A program made the position numbers and the translations under genes. Source: an uncultured delta proteobacterium (lineage in GTDB: Bacteria; Myxococcota_A; Polyangia; Polyangiales; Polyangiaceae). From it: 64,000 nt of DNA. This document shows, piece after piece, positions 8,450-18,123 of this stretch; the first letter of the stretch is position 1, and each line of letters begins with the position of its first letter. Under the pieces are notes generated by a model. The model saw only the letters and a program-made list of their open reading frames with translations, was not told where the DNA came from and did not search any database. The stretch is from the NCBI GenBank assembly GCA_963716725.1, contig CAVQUB010000012.1, positions 96,001 through 160,000 on the forward strand. The letters are read 5' to 3'.

Positions 8450-10954
8450 ATGACCACCCGAATCGAGCCCGAGCTGGTCGCCCTGCGCAAGCTGGCCGAG
8501 CAAGCCGCCGTGAATCGCAAAGAGCGGGTGACGACCGCGCACCTGCTGGCGGCCATCGCGTCGCGGCCGAGTGTCGCGGCCGATCTGCTCAACGAGCGGC
8601 GCCTGAGCGACGAGACGCTGCTGCGTGCGGCGCGCGCCGTGACGGACGACGAAAACGACGCGGTTCGCCGCGCGGTCCAGCGCGCACGAGAGATCGCGAC
8701 GCGCATGGGAGGAGCCGAGCCGGGAGCGATTCACTTGCTGATCGCTTTGGCCAGCGACCGACACACCGCTGCGCATCGCGCGCTGGACCAACACGGCGTG
8801 GACCTGTCCCGACTTCGGGCAGCGGCCATGAGCTCGGGTCTGGGTTTCGTCAGTCGTCGCCGGACCCTCGCGCTTCGCGAGATCCAGGAGGAGCCGAAGC
8901 GAGTCGCCGCTCCTCCGTCGCGCATGCCGAGCGGAACGACGATTCCGCTCTTCCCCCCGGCCACCGAGAAGAAGCCGCCAGTTCGAGGCAGCGCCACCGT
9001 GGTCCGAGATCCGGCTTTGGTGGCCGAGCCAGCGCCGACGAGCACGCGGGTTGCGGAGACGTGCGCAGCTCCGTCGCAGCGCGAGGGGCGCGACTCGGCA
9101 CGGCGCTCCGGCGGAAAGCGCCGCGCGCGCGCGGTGGGCGGCGAGCGATTTGTCCTCGACCCCCAGAAGTTCCCGACCCTCTGCGGCCTCGGCACCAACC
9201 TCACGCTGGCCGCCGCTCGCGGCGAGCTCGATCCCGTGGTGGGGCGCCGCACCGAGGTCGAGCAAGCGCTGGACGTCTTGGCCAAGCGCCATGCCAACAA
9301 CCCGTGCCTGATCGGGGCCGCCGGCGTGGGCAAGACCAGCGTCGCGCGCGGGATCGCGCAGCGCATCGCGGAGGCCGAAGACGTCCTCTCCCTCGACGAT
9401 CGCATCATCATCGAGATCCCGCTCAGCGAGCTGATCGCGGGCACCGGTGTGCGGGGCGCCTTGGCGTCGCGGCTGGGTGCGCTACGCAAAGAGGTCGCCG
9501 CCTCGGCCAATCGCGTGGTGTTGTTCTTCGACGAGATCCACCAGCTCTTTGCCGGGGAGGCTGCGGAGGAGATCGGCGCGGAGCTCAAGCTGGCCCTGGC
9601 CAAGGGCGAGCTGCCCTGCATCGGGGCAACGACCCGAGAGGACTACGCCAAGGTCATCGAAGCCGACCAGGCGTTGGCGCGACGCTTCAGCGTGGTCGAG
9701 ATCGAAGAGCCCAGCCGAGAAGACGCCTATCTGGTCCTGGAGGCGTTGTCGGAAAAGCTCTCGGTACACCACCGTGTCGCGTACGACGACGCGGCGCTCG
9801 CGCTCACCATCGGTTGGAGCGTGCGCTACCTCCCGGGCCGCGCGCTGCCCGACAAGGCCGTCAGCATCGTCGATCTGGCCGGCGCCCGCGCTCGGCGGCG
9901 CGGCCTGGAGCGCGTCACGCCGGAGGCGGTCGCCGAGATCGTGGCGGAGCTGGCGGACATGCCTGTCGAGCGCCTGCTCGAGACCGATGCGGATCGCTTC
10001 TTGCGCATGGAAGAGATCCTCGCCGAACGCGTGGTCGGTCACGGCGACGTGATCCGACGCATCGCGCGCATCCTGCGCCGCAACGCCGCGGGGCTGGGAT
10101 CGAAGCGCCCCATCGGGACCTTCCTCTTGCTCGGGCCCACCGGCGTCGGCAAGACCGAGACCGCGAAGGCCGTCGCCGAGGTGCTGTTCCACTCCGATTC
10201 GGCGATGACGCGCCTGGACCTGTCCGAGTTCAGCGAGCCGCACTCCATCGCCCGCCTGATCGGCGCCCCGCCCGGCTACGTCGGCCACGATGCCGGTGGG
10301 TACTTGACCGAGGCCGTGCGCCGGCGCCCGTACCAGGTCGTGCTGCTGGACGAGATCGAGAAGGCACACCCGGAGGTGCTGGTGAGCTTCCTCGCGGTCT
10401 TCGATGAAGGGCGCTTGACCGACGGTCGCGGACGCACCATCGACTTCACCAACACCGTCATCCTCATGACCTCGAACCTCGGCGCGGGCGAGGTCGGCGC
10501 CTCGCCCAAGCGCCGGGTCGGCTTCGGAGCGGAGGCCGGTCCCGATGGCGACGAAGTCGAGAAACGAGTGATTGCAGCGGCGAGGGCGGCCCTGGCCCCC
10601 GAGCTCTACAACCGCATCGACGAAGTCCTGGTCATGAGCCCGCTCAGCCGCAGCGACGTGCGCGAGATCGCCCGTCGCCTGCTCGAAGGCGTCGGCCGGA
10701 TGCTCGAGGCGCAGCGTGGCGTGCGGCTCGAGGTAGAAGACGCGGCCATCGATCTCTTGCTCGACGCCGGAGGCTTCGACCCCACGCTCGGCGCGCGACC
10801 CATGAAGCGCACCATCGCGCGCCTGGTCGAGGCGCCGCTCGCCGAACAGATCTTGAAGGGCAAGCTCTCCGCGGGCGATGTCGCGATGCTGACCGCCGAC
10901 GACGCGCAGATCGGCATCGACGTGGTGAGCAGAAGCGTCAGCGCCGCTGAGTGA
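8450..10954 (+). CDS. ClpA/ClpC-like ATP-dependent Clp protease ATPase subunit
   Basis: Clp-N domain, two AAA+ modules (GAAGVGKT/FFDEIH and GPTGVGKT/LLDEIEKAH), PPGYVG, VGF ClpP-docking loop, no long M domain. Confidence 0.93.
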   Translation: MTTRIEPELVALRKLAEQAAVNRKERVTTAHLLAAIASRPSVAADLLNERRLSDETLLRAARAVTDDENDAVRRAVQRAREIATRMGGAEPGAIHLLIALASDRHTAAHRALDQHGVDLSRLRAAAMSSGLGFVSRRRTLALREIQEEPKRVAAPPSRMPSGTTIPLFPPATEKKPPVRGSATVVRDPALVAEPAPTSTRVAETCAAPSQREGRDSARRSGGKRRARAVGGERFVLDPQKFPTLCGLGTNLTLAAARGELDPVVGRRTEVEQALDVLAKRHANNPCLIGAAGVGKTSVARGIAQRIAEAEDVLSLDDRIIIEIPLSELIAGTGVRGALASRLGALRKEVAASANRVVLFFDEIHQLFAGEAAEEIGAELKLALAKGELPCIGATTREDYAKVIEADQALARRFSVVEIEEPSREDAYLVLEALSEKLSVHHRVAYDDAALALTIGWSVRYLPGRALPDKAVSIVDLAGARARRRGLERVTPEAVAEIVAELADMPVERLLETDADRFLRMEEILAERVVGHGDVIRRIARILRRNAAGLGSKRPIGTFLLLGPTGVGKTETAKAVAEVLFHSDSAMTRLDLSEFSEPHSIARLIGAPPGYVGHDAGGYLTEAVRRRPYQVVLLDEIEKAHPEVLVSFLAVFDEGRLTDGRGRTIDFTNTVILMTSNLGAGEVGASPKRRVGFGAEAGPDGDEVEKRVIAAARAALAPELYNRIDEVLVMSPLSRSDVREIARRLLEGVGRMLEAQRGVRLEVEDAAIDLLLDAGGFDPTLGARPMKRTIARLVEAPLAEQILKGKLSAGDVAMLTADDAQIGIDVVSRSVSAAE

Positions 10955-12308
10955 TCGCGCTCCAACGCCTGCTGCCAGTTCGACGGAGCGCCAGGGCTGC
11001 GGCGGCGAAGACCCCGAGCCACGCGCCGGACTTGGGCGCCCGCGGTAGCGCGCAGCCGCAGCCGCCGTCGTCCTCGGAGGGCGTTGTGCTGCCGCTGGCG
11101 CCGCCCGATCCACCGCTCGCGCTCGCGCCGCCGCCGCCGCTGCCCGCGCTGGCGCCGCTGCCCGCGTCGCCTCCGAAACCGGAGCCCGCCGCGCCGCCCG
11201 AACCGCTCGTGCCCGCGCTGCCGCCGCCGCTCGGCGTGCCTCCCGAACCGCCGCCAGCGCCGGTGCCGCCGGTGCCGCTGGGGCTGGTCGCGATACAGGC
11301 CTTGAGTTCGTCGAAGGCGGGCTTGCGCTGCCAGTTGTCGGCGTAGCTGCCGTCCGGATCGTGAGTTCTCAGCGCTAGGCCCCAGTGGATGTCGGGCCAG
11401 AGGCCGTTCGGGTGCTCCTCGCTGAGCTCGTAGATGAAGGTCTTCTGCCACCAGGCGCGTTTGTTCTGCGCTTGCATCACGCGCTCCACGTACTTGCGCT
11501 GGGTCTCGAGCTCGGTCGCGTTGCCCACAATCGCCTCGCGCCCGGTTTCAGTCACCCAGATCGGCAGGTTGCCGAAGCCCTTCGCCAGCAGCACTTCGCG
11601 CGCGCTGAGCGATCCCTGCCAGACTACGGTGTTGCCCAGCTTGACGACGCGATGGGATTCGAGCTTGTTGTAGAAGCTGTCTTTGCTGACGCCGGCGGCG
11701 GAGTCGTCTTCCGGGAACGACGCGTAGATGTGCCAGCTGATGACGTCGAGATCGGAGCCGCGGGCCGCGAGGGCTGCTTCGAGGTACTCCCCGTACTTGT
11801 CACCGATGGTGGCGAGCTCTGGACCGACGAGCAGGCAGCTCGGACACCCTTGCTTGATGGCGTCGACCGCGGGGATGAAAGCGTTGTCGATCCACTGCTG
11901 CTTCGTGCCCTCGAAGAAGTCGCCGAGGTTCGGCTCGTTCCAGGTCCCCCAGGCCGCGACCCGCCCGTCGGCGTAACGCTGGGTCGCCGCCAGCACGAAG
12001 GCCTTGTAGGCGACGGGCTCGGGCACGTCGTTGTTGAAGCCGTCGCCCTTGGTGTTGCCCAGGCTCGCCCACTTTGGGGTGTAGCCGATGGTCGCGAACA
12101 CCTTGAGGTTCCTCGCCTTGGCGGCGTCGATCACGGCGTCGAAGGGGGCCCAGTTGTACTTGCCCTTCTGCGGCTCGCCGATGTCCCAGTTGAAGTCGAT
12201 GCGGATCCACTCGCTGCCGAGCTCCTTGGACAGATCGAGGGTGTCGCTGGGCGGCAGGTGGACGTTCATGCCGATGGCAGCGGCCATGCAGACTGCGGAC
12301 AAAGCCAT
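10938..12308 (-). CDS. Clan GH-A glycoside hydrolase (GH39/GH5-like) with MYXO-CTERM tail
   Basis: WNEPN acid/base and IWVTETG nucleophile motifs; Gly linker; DDGGCGC-TM-RR tail. Confidence 0.85.
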   Translation of the reverse strand: MALSAVCMAAAIGMNVHLPPSDTLDLSKELGSEWIRIDFNWDIGEPQKGKYNWAPFDAVIDAAKARNLKVFATIGYTPKWASLGNTKGDGFNNDVPEPVAYKAFVLAATQRYADGRVAAWGTWNEPNLGDFFEGTKQQWIDNAFIPAVDAIKQGCPSCLLVGPELATIGDKYGEYLEAALAARGSDLDVISWHIYASFPEDDSAAGVSKDSFYNKLESHRVVKLGNTVVWQGSLSAREVLLAKGFGNLPIWVTETGREAIVGNATELETQRKYVERVMQAQNKRAWWQKTFIYELSEEHPNGLWPDIHWGLALRTHDPDGSYADNWQRKPAFDELKACIATSPSGTGGTGAGGGSGGTPSGGGSAGTSGSGGAAGSGFGGDAGSGASAGSGGGGASASGGSGGASGSTTPSEDDGGCGCALPRAPKSGAWLGVFAAAALALRRTGSRRWSAITQRR

Positions 12309-12408
12309 GGGTGCTCCGCCCGGAAGTTTCGCACCTTTTTCGCCGGGTGGCCCGGTGAAAGCATTCAACACCTTTGCTTCGGCCCCGGAGCGAGGTGACA
12401 ATCAGGCC

Positions 12409-13614
12409 ATGAACCGCCGGATCGACTTCATCGCTCCCGCCCTCGTGCTCGCCGTCGGCCTCAGCGCAGCAGCGGTTTCTTGTGGCTCCGACGAAAACGG
12501 AGGCGGCAGCGGCGGCACGAGCAGCGGCGGCACGAGTAGCGGCGGCACGAGCAGCGGCGGCACGAGCAGCGGCGGCACGAGCAGCGGTGGAGCAGCGGGG
12601 AGCGGCGGCAGCGCAGGCGGAGGCGGTACGAGCAGCGGCGGTGCGGCGGGCGGCGGCGGCACTTCGTCGGGTGGCACCAGCTCCGGAGGCAGTGGTGGTT
12701 CCGGCACGGGCGGCAAGGCTGGCATCCCTCCGGACAAGCAGAACCTTCGCATGGCGTTCTTCGGTGACACGTCGAGCGGTACGAACTTCAAGAACGTGAT
12801 CGGGCTCGCCAAGGCCGACAAGGCCGACTTCATCCTCGGCGGCGGCGACTACGACTACTCCTACAACCCGAGCGCTTGGCTCACCGCGATGAACAGCGTC
12901 TTGGGCGCGGACTATCCGATCTTCGGAGCGGTTGGCAACCACGACCAGACCACCTGGGCTCCCTACGCCACCGAGTTCAAGAGCCGCATGCAGAAGGCGG
13001 GTGTCAAGCCCGACGACCCCGACTTCACCGACGAGAAGTTCTCGATGGTCTACCGCGGGATCAAGGTGGTCTTTGTCGGTCAGAACGGCAAGAACACCGA
13101 GTTCGCCGACTACATCAAGACGCAGTTTGCCACCGACGATCACATCTGGCGTCTGTGCGTTTGGCACAAGAACCAGAAGGCCATGCAGGTGGGCGGCAAG
13201 GGCGACGAGATGGGCTGGGCCGTCTACGAGAATTGTCGAGCCGCCGGCGCCATCGTGTTGACCGGGCACGAGCACTCCTATCACCGCACGAAGACCCTCA
13301 CCGATATGACGAACCAGGTCGTGGACACGACCTGCTCCGATCCCAAGAAGCTCTGTGTAGGACCGGGACGCACCTTCACGGTGGTCGCAGGGCTCGGCGG
13401 AACCGGCATTCGGGACCAGGCTCGCTGCCTGCCCAGCACCTATCCCTATGGTTGCAAGCAAGAGTGGGCGCACATCTACACCAGCGACCAGAGCGCCGAA
13501 TACGGCACCCTGGTCATCGACTTCTACGTCAACGGAAATCCGAAGCAGGCCAAGGCCTACTTCAAGAACGTGAAAAACCAGATCGTCGACGAGTTCGACA
13601 TCACCAAGGACTGA
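12409..13614 (+). CDS. Metallophosphoesterase lipoprotein
   Basis: AVSC lipobox, GGTSS linker, FFGD, GGDY, GNHD and GHEH motifs. Confidence 0.9.
   Translation: MNRRIDFIAPALVLAVGLSAAAVSCGSDENGGGSGGTSSGGTSSGGTSSGGTSSGGTSSGGAAGSGGSAGGGGTSSGGAAGGGGTSSGGTSSGGSGGSGTGGKAGIPPDKQNLRMAFFGDTSSGTNFKNVIGLAKADKADFILGGGDYDYSYNPSAWLTAMNSVLGADYPIFGAVGNHDQTTWAPYATEFKSRMQKAGVKPDDPDFTDEKFSMVYRGIKVVFVGQNGKNTEFADYIKTQFATDDHIWRLCVWHKNQKAMQVGGKGDEMGWAVYENCRAAGAIVLTGHEHSYHRTKTLTDMTNQVVDTTCSDPKKLCVGPGRTFTVVAGLGGTGIRDQARCLPSTYPYGCKQEWAHIYTSDQSAEYGTLVIDFYVNGNPKQAKAYFKNVKNQIVDEFDITKD
12508..12585 (+). repeat. 15-bp coding tandem repeat (SGGTS, about 5 copies)
   Basis: agcggcggcacgagc units. Confidence 0.85.
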
Positions 13615-13686
13615 GCCTCGCGCCCCCTTCATCGCCTGAGCGCGAGCGTCTGGGCGCGACTGGAGAGCGCGGGCACTGGCCCTCGA

Positions 13687-15207
13687 TTGTCGTGGGTGGC
13701 CGCCGCCGCCATCGCCGCTCACGCCACGGTGTTGAGTGGCGGGTTCATCTGGCTCGATCGGGCGCATCTGACGGCAGGACTGGCGGTTCGGCCGCGCGCC
13801 GAGTGGCTGGCGCTGTTTCGGGAGCCCTTCGCGGGCACCGGTTTCTATCGGCCGCTCACCGCGCTCTCGCTTTCCATTGACGCTGCCTGGGGAAACCCCG
13901 CGCTTTTTCACGCCGTGAACCTCGGCTTGCACGCCGTCGCGGCGATGCTGCTCTTGTTGGCAGCCCAGGCTCTGGGCGCGAGTCGTCGCGCCGCGACGCT
14001 CGGGGCGCTGCTGTTCGCGACGCATCCCGTCGGATCCCTGGTTGCGGGGGCGATAGCGTTCCGGTCGGAGGCGCTGATCGCTTGCGGCCTGTTCGGCTTG
14101 ATCGCCGCCCACGTGAAGGGCCGCGGGGCTCTCGCAGCGCTGGCGGTCCTGGTGGCGGGCTTGTCGAAGGAGACGGGGTTGGTGCTGGCGCCGCTCTTCG
14201 TGGCCGTGGTCGAGCTCGAAGGCCGAGCGCGACGTCGTTGGTCCGTGATCGCCGCGGAGGCTCTCGCCTTCGGTCTCGCGCTCGGTCTGCGCATTGCCTA
14301 CGCGCCGCCCTGGCTCGGGCGTTTTCCCGAGCTTGGCCCCAGCGAGGCCGTTGGCACGCGTCTTGGTGCACTGGCAAAGAGCGCCAGCTTCGTGATCGCG
14401 CCCCTCGACCGGAGCATCTGCGACGCGTTTCCCGTGCTGTCGGCTCACGCGCCGCTCGCGATCTTGGGAGGCCTCGCGGCGCTGGGGCTCGGCGCGCTGG
14501 CGTGGCGCGGCGGCTCGCTCGGCGCGCTGACCGCGCTGTCGCTGCTTCCTTCGCTGCAGCTCGTCCCGACGCTCCGCTGGTGGTCGCCGCACTATTTGTA
14601 CCTGGCGGCGGGGCTGTTCTTGGTGTTGGTGGCTCGCCGAATCGAAGGACGGGGCGCCGCGGCCACCACCCTGGCGCTGGTCGCGACCCTGGCGCTCGGG
14701 GTGCTGTCGTGGGGCGATGGTCGCCGATACCGGAACGACGAGACGCTCTGGCGGCCCGAGGTGGCGCGGGAGTCCGCCTGTCGCGAGGGGCATTTCTATT
14801 TGGCCGAGGCTGCCCGCGAGCGAGGCGATCTGCCGGGTGCGGCTGAGCATCTCGATGCGGCGCTGCGCTCGCGGGCGGGCATGCTCGCCTTCGTCGATCT
14901 CGACGCAGCGCTGACCAACTACGGAGTCGTGCTGTTCTCCCTGCGCCGCTACGACGAAGCGCGACAGGCCTTCGAGGGCGCGCTCGAGCACGTCGGCGAC
15001 CAGCCCGGCCGCCGAAAGTTGAACCACGACATCGCTACCGCGACGTTGGCGGGCGGGGACGCGCAGGGCGCGGCCTCGAGGCTCGAGCCCGAGGTCCGCC
15101 GTCCCGACGCGCTGCCCGAGTCGTTGGTCGTATACGCTCGAGCCCTCGACGCGCTTGGCCGCGGGGCGGAAGCGGAGACGATCCGGAGGCGCCGCGCGCC
15201 GAGATGA
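13687..15207 (+). CDS. TMTC-like GT-C membrane glycosyltransferase with C-terminal TPRs
   Basis: FYRPLT, FHAVNLGLH, LFATHP, LSKE and YLYL motifs, RNDETLW, then TPRs; start uncertain. Confidence 0.75.
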   Translation: MSWVAAAAIAAHATVLSGGFIWLDRAHLTAGLAVRPRAEWLALFREPFAGTGFYRPLTALSLSIDAAWGNPALFHAVNLGLHAVAAMLLLLAAQALGASRRAATLGALLFATHPVGSLVAGAIAFRSEALIACGLFGLIAAHVKGRGALAALAVLVAGLSKETGLVLAPLFVAVVELEGRARRRWSVIAAEALAFGLALGLRIAYAPPWLGRFPELGPSEAVGTRLGALAKSASFVIAPLDRSICDAFPVLSAHAPLAILGGLAALGLGALAWRGGSLGALTALSLLPSLQLVPTLRWWSPHYLYLAAGLFLVLVARRIEGRGAAATTLALVATLALGVLSWGDGRRYRNDETLWRPEVARESACREGHFYLAEAARERGDLPGAAEHLDAALRSRAGMLAFVDLDAALTNYGVVLFSLRRYDEARQAFEGALEHVGDQPGRRKLNHDIATATLAGGDAQGAASRLEPEVRRPDALPESLVVYARALDALGRGAEAETIRRRRAPR

Positions 15208-16662
15208 TCACGGCTCGAAGGTCAGGACCGCGATGTCGAAATTGGGATCCGCGCTGGAGCCCTGGATCTTGTGCCCCAAGAGCTCGAAACCTCCCTGGAA
15301 CCTCCCGGCGAGGTAGAGCTTGCCGTCGGCGAGGGTCACCTTCGTGAACCCATCGGTGCCGTCTCCGCCAACGAGCGTCGCCCAGAGCGTCTTGCCGGTC
15401 GGGTCGAGCCGGATCAAGAAGCCGTCCTCCCCGGCATTCTTCGTGAGGTTGCCCGTTCCGAAGTCCACGGCCAGGCTCATCAGGCTTCCTGCAACGAAGA
15501 TGTCACCGGTCTTCGTGATGGCGGCGGAGTACGCGCGATCGTTGCCGTCTCCGCCGAAGGTCCGCGCCCACTCGAGCTTCCCAGTGGGATCGAAGCGCGC
15601 GACGACGATGTCATCCCCCGCCGCATAAGGCAGCGCGGGTCCAGTGAAGAGATCGACCACCCCCGCCACCTTACCGACAGCCACCACGGAACCCGTCAGC
15701 GGATCGCTGGCTGCGCCGAAGAAAGCGTCGTTCCCCGTGCTGCCGAGAGCGCGTGCCCATTGGAACGTCAGCGAGTTGTCGTAGTACGCGATCGCTGCAA
15801 GCTGACCGGTGCCGCTGCCGACGACCTTCAGCGGATCGCCGAAGGGCGAGGATTCTCCGACGGCCGCGACGGCGTTGTTCCCGGTGACGGTGACTCCCAA
15901 GAACGCCTGCTTGCCGGCGCCGGCAAACAGCACGTGCGCCTCGTTGCCGCTCTGGTACTCGGTGGACACCAGGCCGTCGCCGGCAGCGTCGGCGACGATC
16001 GGCTGGCCGTGGTGGATGGTGGAGTTCTCGACGGTGCCGGCCGCCACCGTGCCGTCAGCCAGCCGAGCGTTGCCCCAGAAGCTCTGGGTCCCCAGGCCCA
16101 GCAGCGCGGACGACATGATCGCGATGCCGCCATCGGACGCCGGATAGACTCGCGCGACGACCCCGCCGAAGTCGGGCGTCGCCTCCGTCCAGGTCTTGGG
16201 GCCGATGGTTACGGTGTCCTCGAAGAACCCGACGAACTCGTGCTCGCCCTTCCCGTCGATCTCGAGCGCCATCAAGTAGAACTTCCCGGTTGCGGAGGGG
16301 AAGGTGCGCCGGTCGACTTCCGTCTTGTCGGAAAAGTCTATGATGAAGCCCTCGCCGCCAGTGCTGACGGCTCGGTAGCCCGAGACGAATGCGTGGCCGC
16401 TGATTGGGTCCACTGCGACGTCGGAGACGAATTGATTCGAAGGTTGCTTCGCCAAGGCCACGTTCACGAGCTTTGGCACCGGTGAAGCTGCATCGGGGCC
16501 GGCATCGATCGCGCCGCCGCTGCCCGCGGCGCCCCCGCCGCCCCCGCTGCCCGCAGCGCCGCCGCTGCCCGAGGGATTGTTGCTGGACGACGACGAACAG
16601 TGAAGGGCGCTCGCGACCGTGAGGGGCAACGCGAGCCAGGGGACGAGCCGATGATGAAGCAT
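15208..16662 (-). CDS. Lipoprotein with beta-propeller (SBBP-like) repeats
   Basis: ALHC lipobox, Gly linker, repeats DIVVARFDPTGKLEWARTFGG and DGFLIRLDPTGKTLWAT. Confidence 0.82.
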   Translation of the reverse strand: MLHHRLVPWLALPLTVASALHCSSSSSNNPSGSGGAAGSGGGGGAAGSGGAIDAGPDAASPVPKLVNVALAKQPSNQFVSDVAVDPISGHAFVSGYRAVSTGGEGFIIDFSDKTEVDRRTFPSATGKFYLMALEIDGKGEHEFVGFFEDTVTIGPKTWTEATPDFGGVVARVYPASDGGIAIMSSALLGLGTQSFWGNARLADGTVAAGTVENSTIHHGQPIVADAAGDGLVSTEYQSGNEAHVLFAGAGKQAFLGVTVTGNNAVAAVGESSPFGDPLKVVGSGTGQLAAIAYYDNSLTFQWARALGSTGNDAFFGAASDPLTGSVVAVGKVAGVVDLFTGPALPYAAGDDIVVARFDPTGKLEWARTFGGDGNDRAYSAAITKTGDIFVAGSLMSLAVDFGTGNLTKNAGEDGFLIRLDPTGKTLWATLVGGDGTDGFTKVTLADGKLYLAGRFQGGFELLGHKIQGSSADPNFDIAVLTFEP

Positions 16663-16711
16663 GGTTACTCCGCGGCGGATGAGCGAAACGATAGCACGCG
16701 TGCCCGGGCCC

Positions 16712-17416
16712 TCACCAGCTGCGGTGCACCGAGAACGCCTGGTTGGCCGTGTCGATGCTGAGGAACGAAATGTTGCCCTGGGCGCACGAGCCGCTGTTCA
16801 AGAACAAACGGTCGCCGTGCTCGGCGCGCGTCGCGATGTGAGTGTGCCCAGTGACGACCACGTCTGCGCTGCGCAGCCGTGCGACGTCCACGGCCCAACG
16901 CTGAAAGCTGCACGATGTGGCATCGAGGCTCGCCCCGCCCCGCATGCCGTCAACGCGGCGCAAGAGCTGATAAAGCGCGGCAAATCCGCAGCGCCGAATC
17001 CAGCCCCCGACCCAGACTCCGAGTTCACTCAGCAGGCGCGCGTGGCTCACGACCACGTCGTTCTGGTGGCCGTGCGTCATTAGCAGACGCACCCCGTCGG
17101 CCTGGAAGCTGAGCTCTTCGGGTGCGCCGCGCGCCCTCGCGGCGATGTCGTGGTTTCCGTGCACGTAGGCGTACATCGGCCCCTCGAAGCGGCGGGCGAT
17201 CTCCGGGTGGACCGCGCGCGCCTTGTCGAGCTGCGCCAGCGGGTTCCCAGGGAGTGCTCCGGTGAGCGTCTCCCAGATGTCGCCGAGCAGCACGACGCGT
17301 TCGAAGTTGCGCTCCAAGAAACCGAGGAAACGCAGGAACTCGCCGTCGTCGTGACCGAAGAGATCCGTCGCGCCTCCTGCTCCGAGATGCAGGTCCGAGA
17401 TGACTGCGAGTTTCAC
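16712..17416 (-). CDS. Metallophosphoesterase (LpxH-like)
   Basis: ISDLHLG, LLGDIWE, HGNHD, THGH, GHTH and NSGS motifs. Confidence 0.85.
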   Translation of the reverse strand: MKLAVISDLHLGAGGATDLFGHDDGEFLRFLGFLERNFERVVLLGDIWETLTGALPGNPLAQLDKARAVHPEIARRFEGPMYAYVHGNHDIAARARGAPEELSFQADGVRLLMTHGHQNDVVVSHARLLSELGVWVGGWIRRCGFAALYQLLRRVDGMRGGASLDATSCSFQRWAVDVARLRSADVVVTGHTHIATRAEHGDRLFLNSGSCAQGNISFLSIDTANQAFSVHRSW

Positions 17417-17508
17417 GCGTCGTCTCCGTCGTGGAGAGCTTGCAGAAACATTTGCTCACGCTTTCTTTAGCTCGGGAACAAGCATCGGCAAGCGGCTTCT
17501 GTTCGGTG

Positions 17509-17556
17509 CGACAGCGTTGTCATGGTCGCACCCCGCATGACATTTCTGTCATGGTC
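17509..17556. promoter_or_regulatory. Tandem palindromic transcription-factor boxes GACA-N4-TGTC(ATGGTC)
   Basis: cGACAgcgtTGTCatggtc and tGACAtttcTGTCatggtc, 29 bp apart, in a divergent intergenic region. Confidence 0.6.
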
Positions 17557-17698
17557 AGTCAGGTCGGAAAACCTGCCCTGAAAAGCGGCGCATGGTTTTT
17601 GCGACTGCTATGCTCCGTAGTGCTCGCAACGGTATTCGCCGCGCTCGGCTGGTCGAGAGCGGACAGCTGAAAACGGGCGTTTCGGAGGTCAGTTCGAT

Positions 17699-17995
17699 AT
17701 GCGTTTAAGGAATCTCGCTTTTGGTTTGGCATGTCTCACCGCCATGTCCGCCGTCGTGGTGGGCTGCGGCGATGATGACGACGACGAGAAGACGGGCACC
17801 GGCGGAGCAACGTCGGGCGGCGGCGGCTCGGGTGGCTCGGGCGGCTCCGGCGGCTCCGGCGGCACCGCGGGTGCTGGCGGCACCGCGGGTGCTGGCGGCA
17901 CCGCGGGTGTTGGCGGCGGCGCAGGTGCTGGCGGCGGCGCAGGCGCTGGCGGCGGCGCAGGCGCTGGCGGTTCCAGCGACTCCGGCACTGACTGA
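17699..17995 (+). CDS. Small lipoprotein made only of an acidic patch and Gly/Ala repeats
   Basis: GGAGG RBS, VVGC lipobox, GGTAGA/GGGAGA repeats. Confidence 0.8.
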   Translation: MRLRNLAFGLACLTAMSAVVVGCGDDDDDEKTGTGGATSGGGGSGGSGGSGGSGGTAGAGGTAGAGGTAGVGGGAGAGGGAGAGGGAGAGGSSDSGTD

Positions 17996-18123
17996 GTCAG
18001 GAGCTGGAGCGGCGAGCCGGTCTTGCCACACTGCGATACTTCTGCGGCGTCCTCCGGGGCGCCGCAGTTTTTCGTGGCGATAGGCGCGCGGAGTCCACGG
18101 AGGCGCTAGCATGCCCGCCCGGC

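Noticed and set aside
11800..15027. 1075-aa minus-strand ORF and similar long antisense ORFs (e.g. 9482..11113, 30003..31607, 32725..34383, 63009..63989)
   Set aside because: Shadow frames of well-supported opposite-strand genes in high-GC DNA
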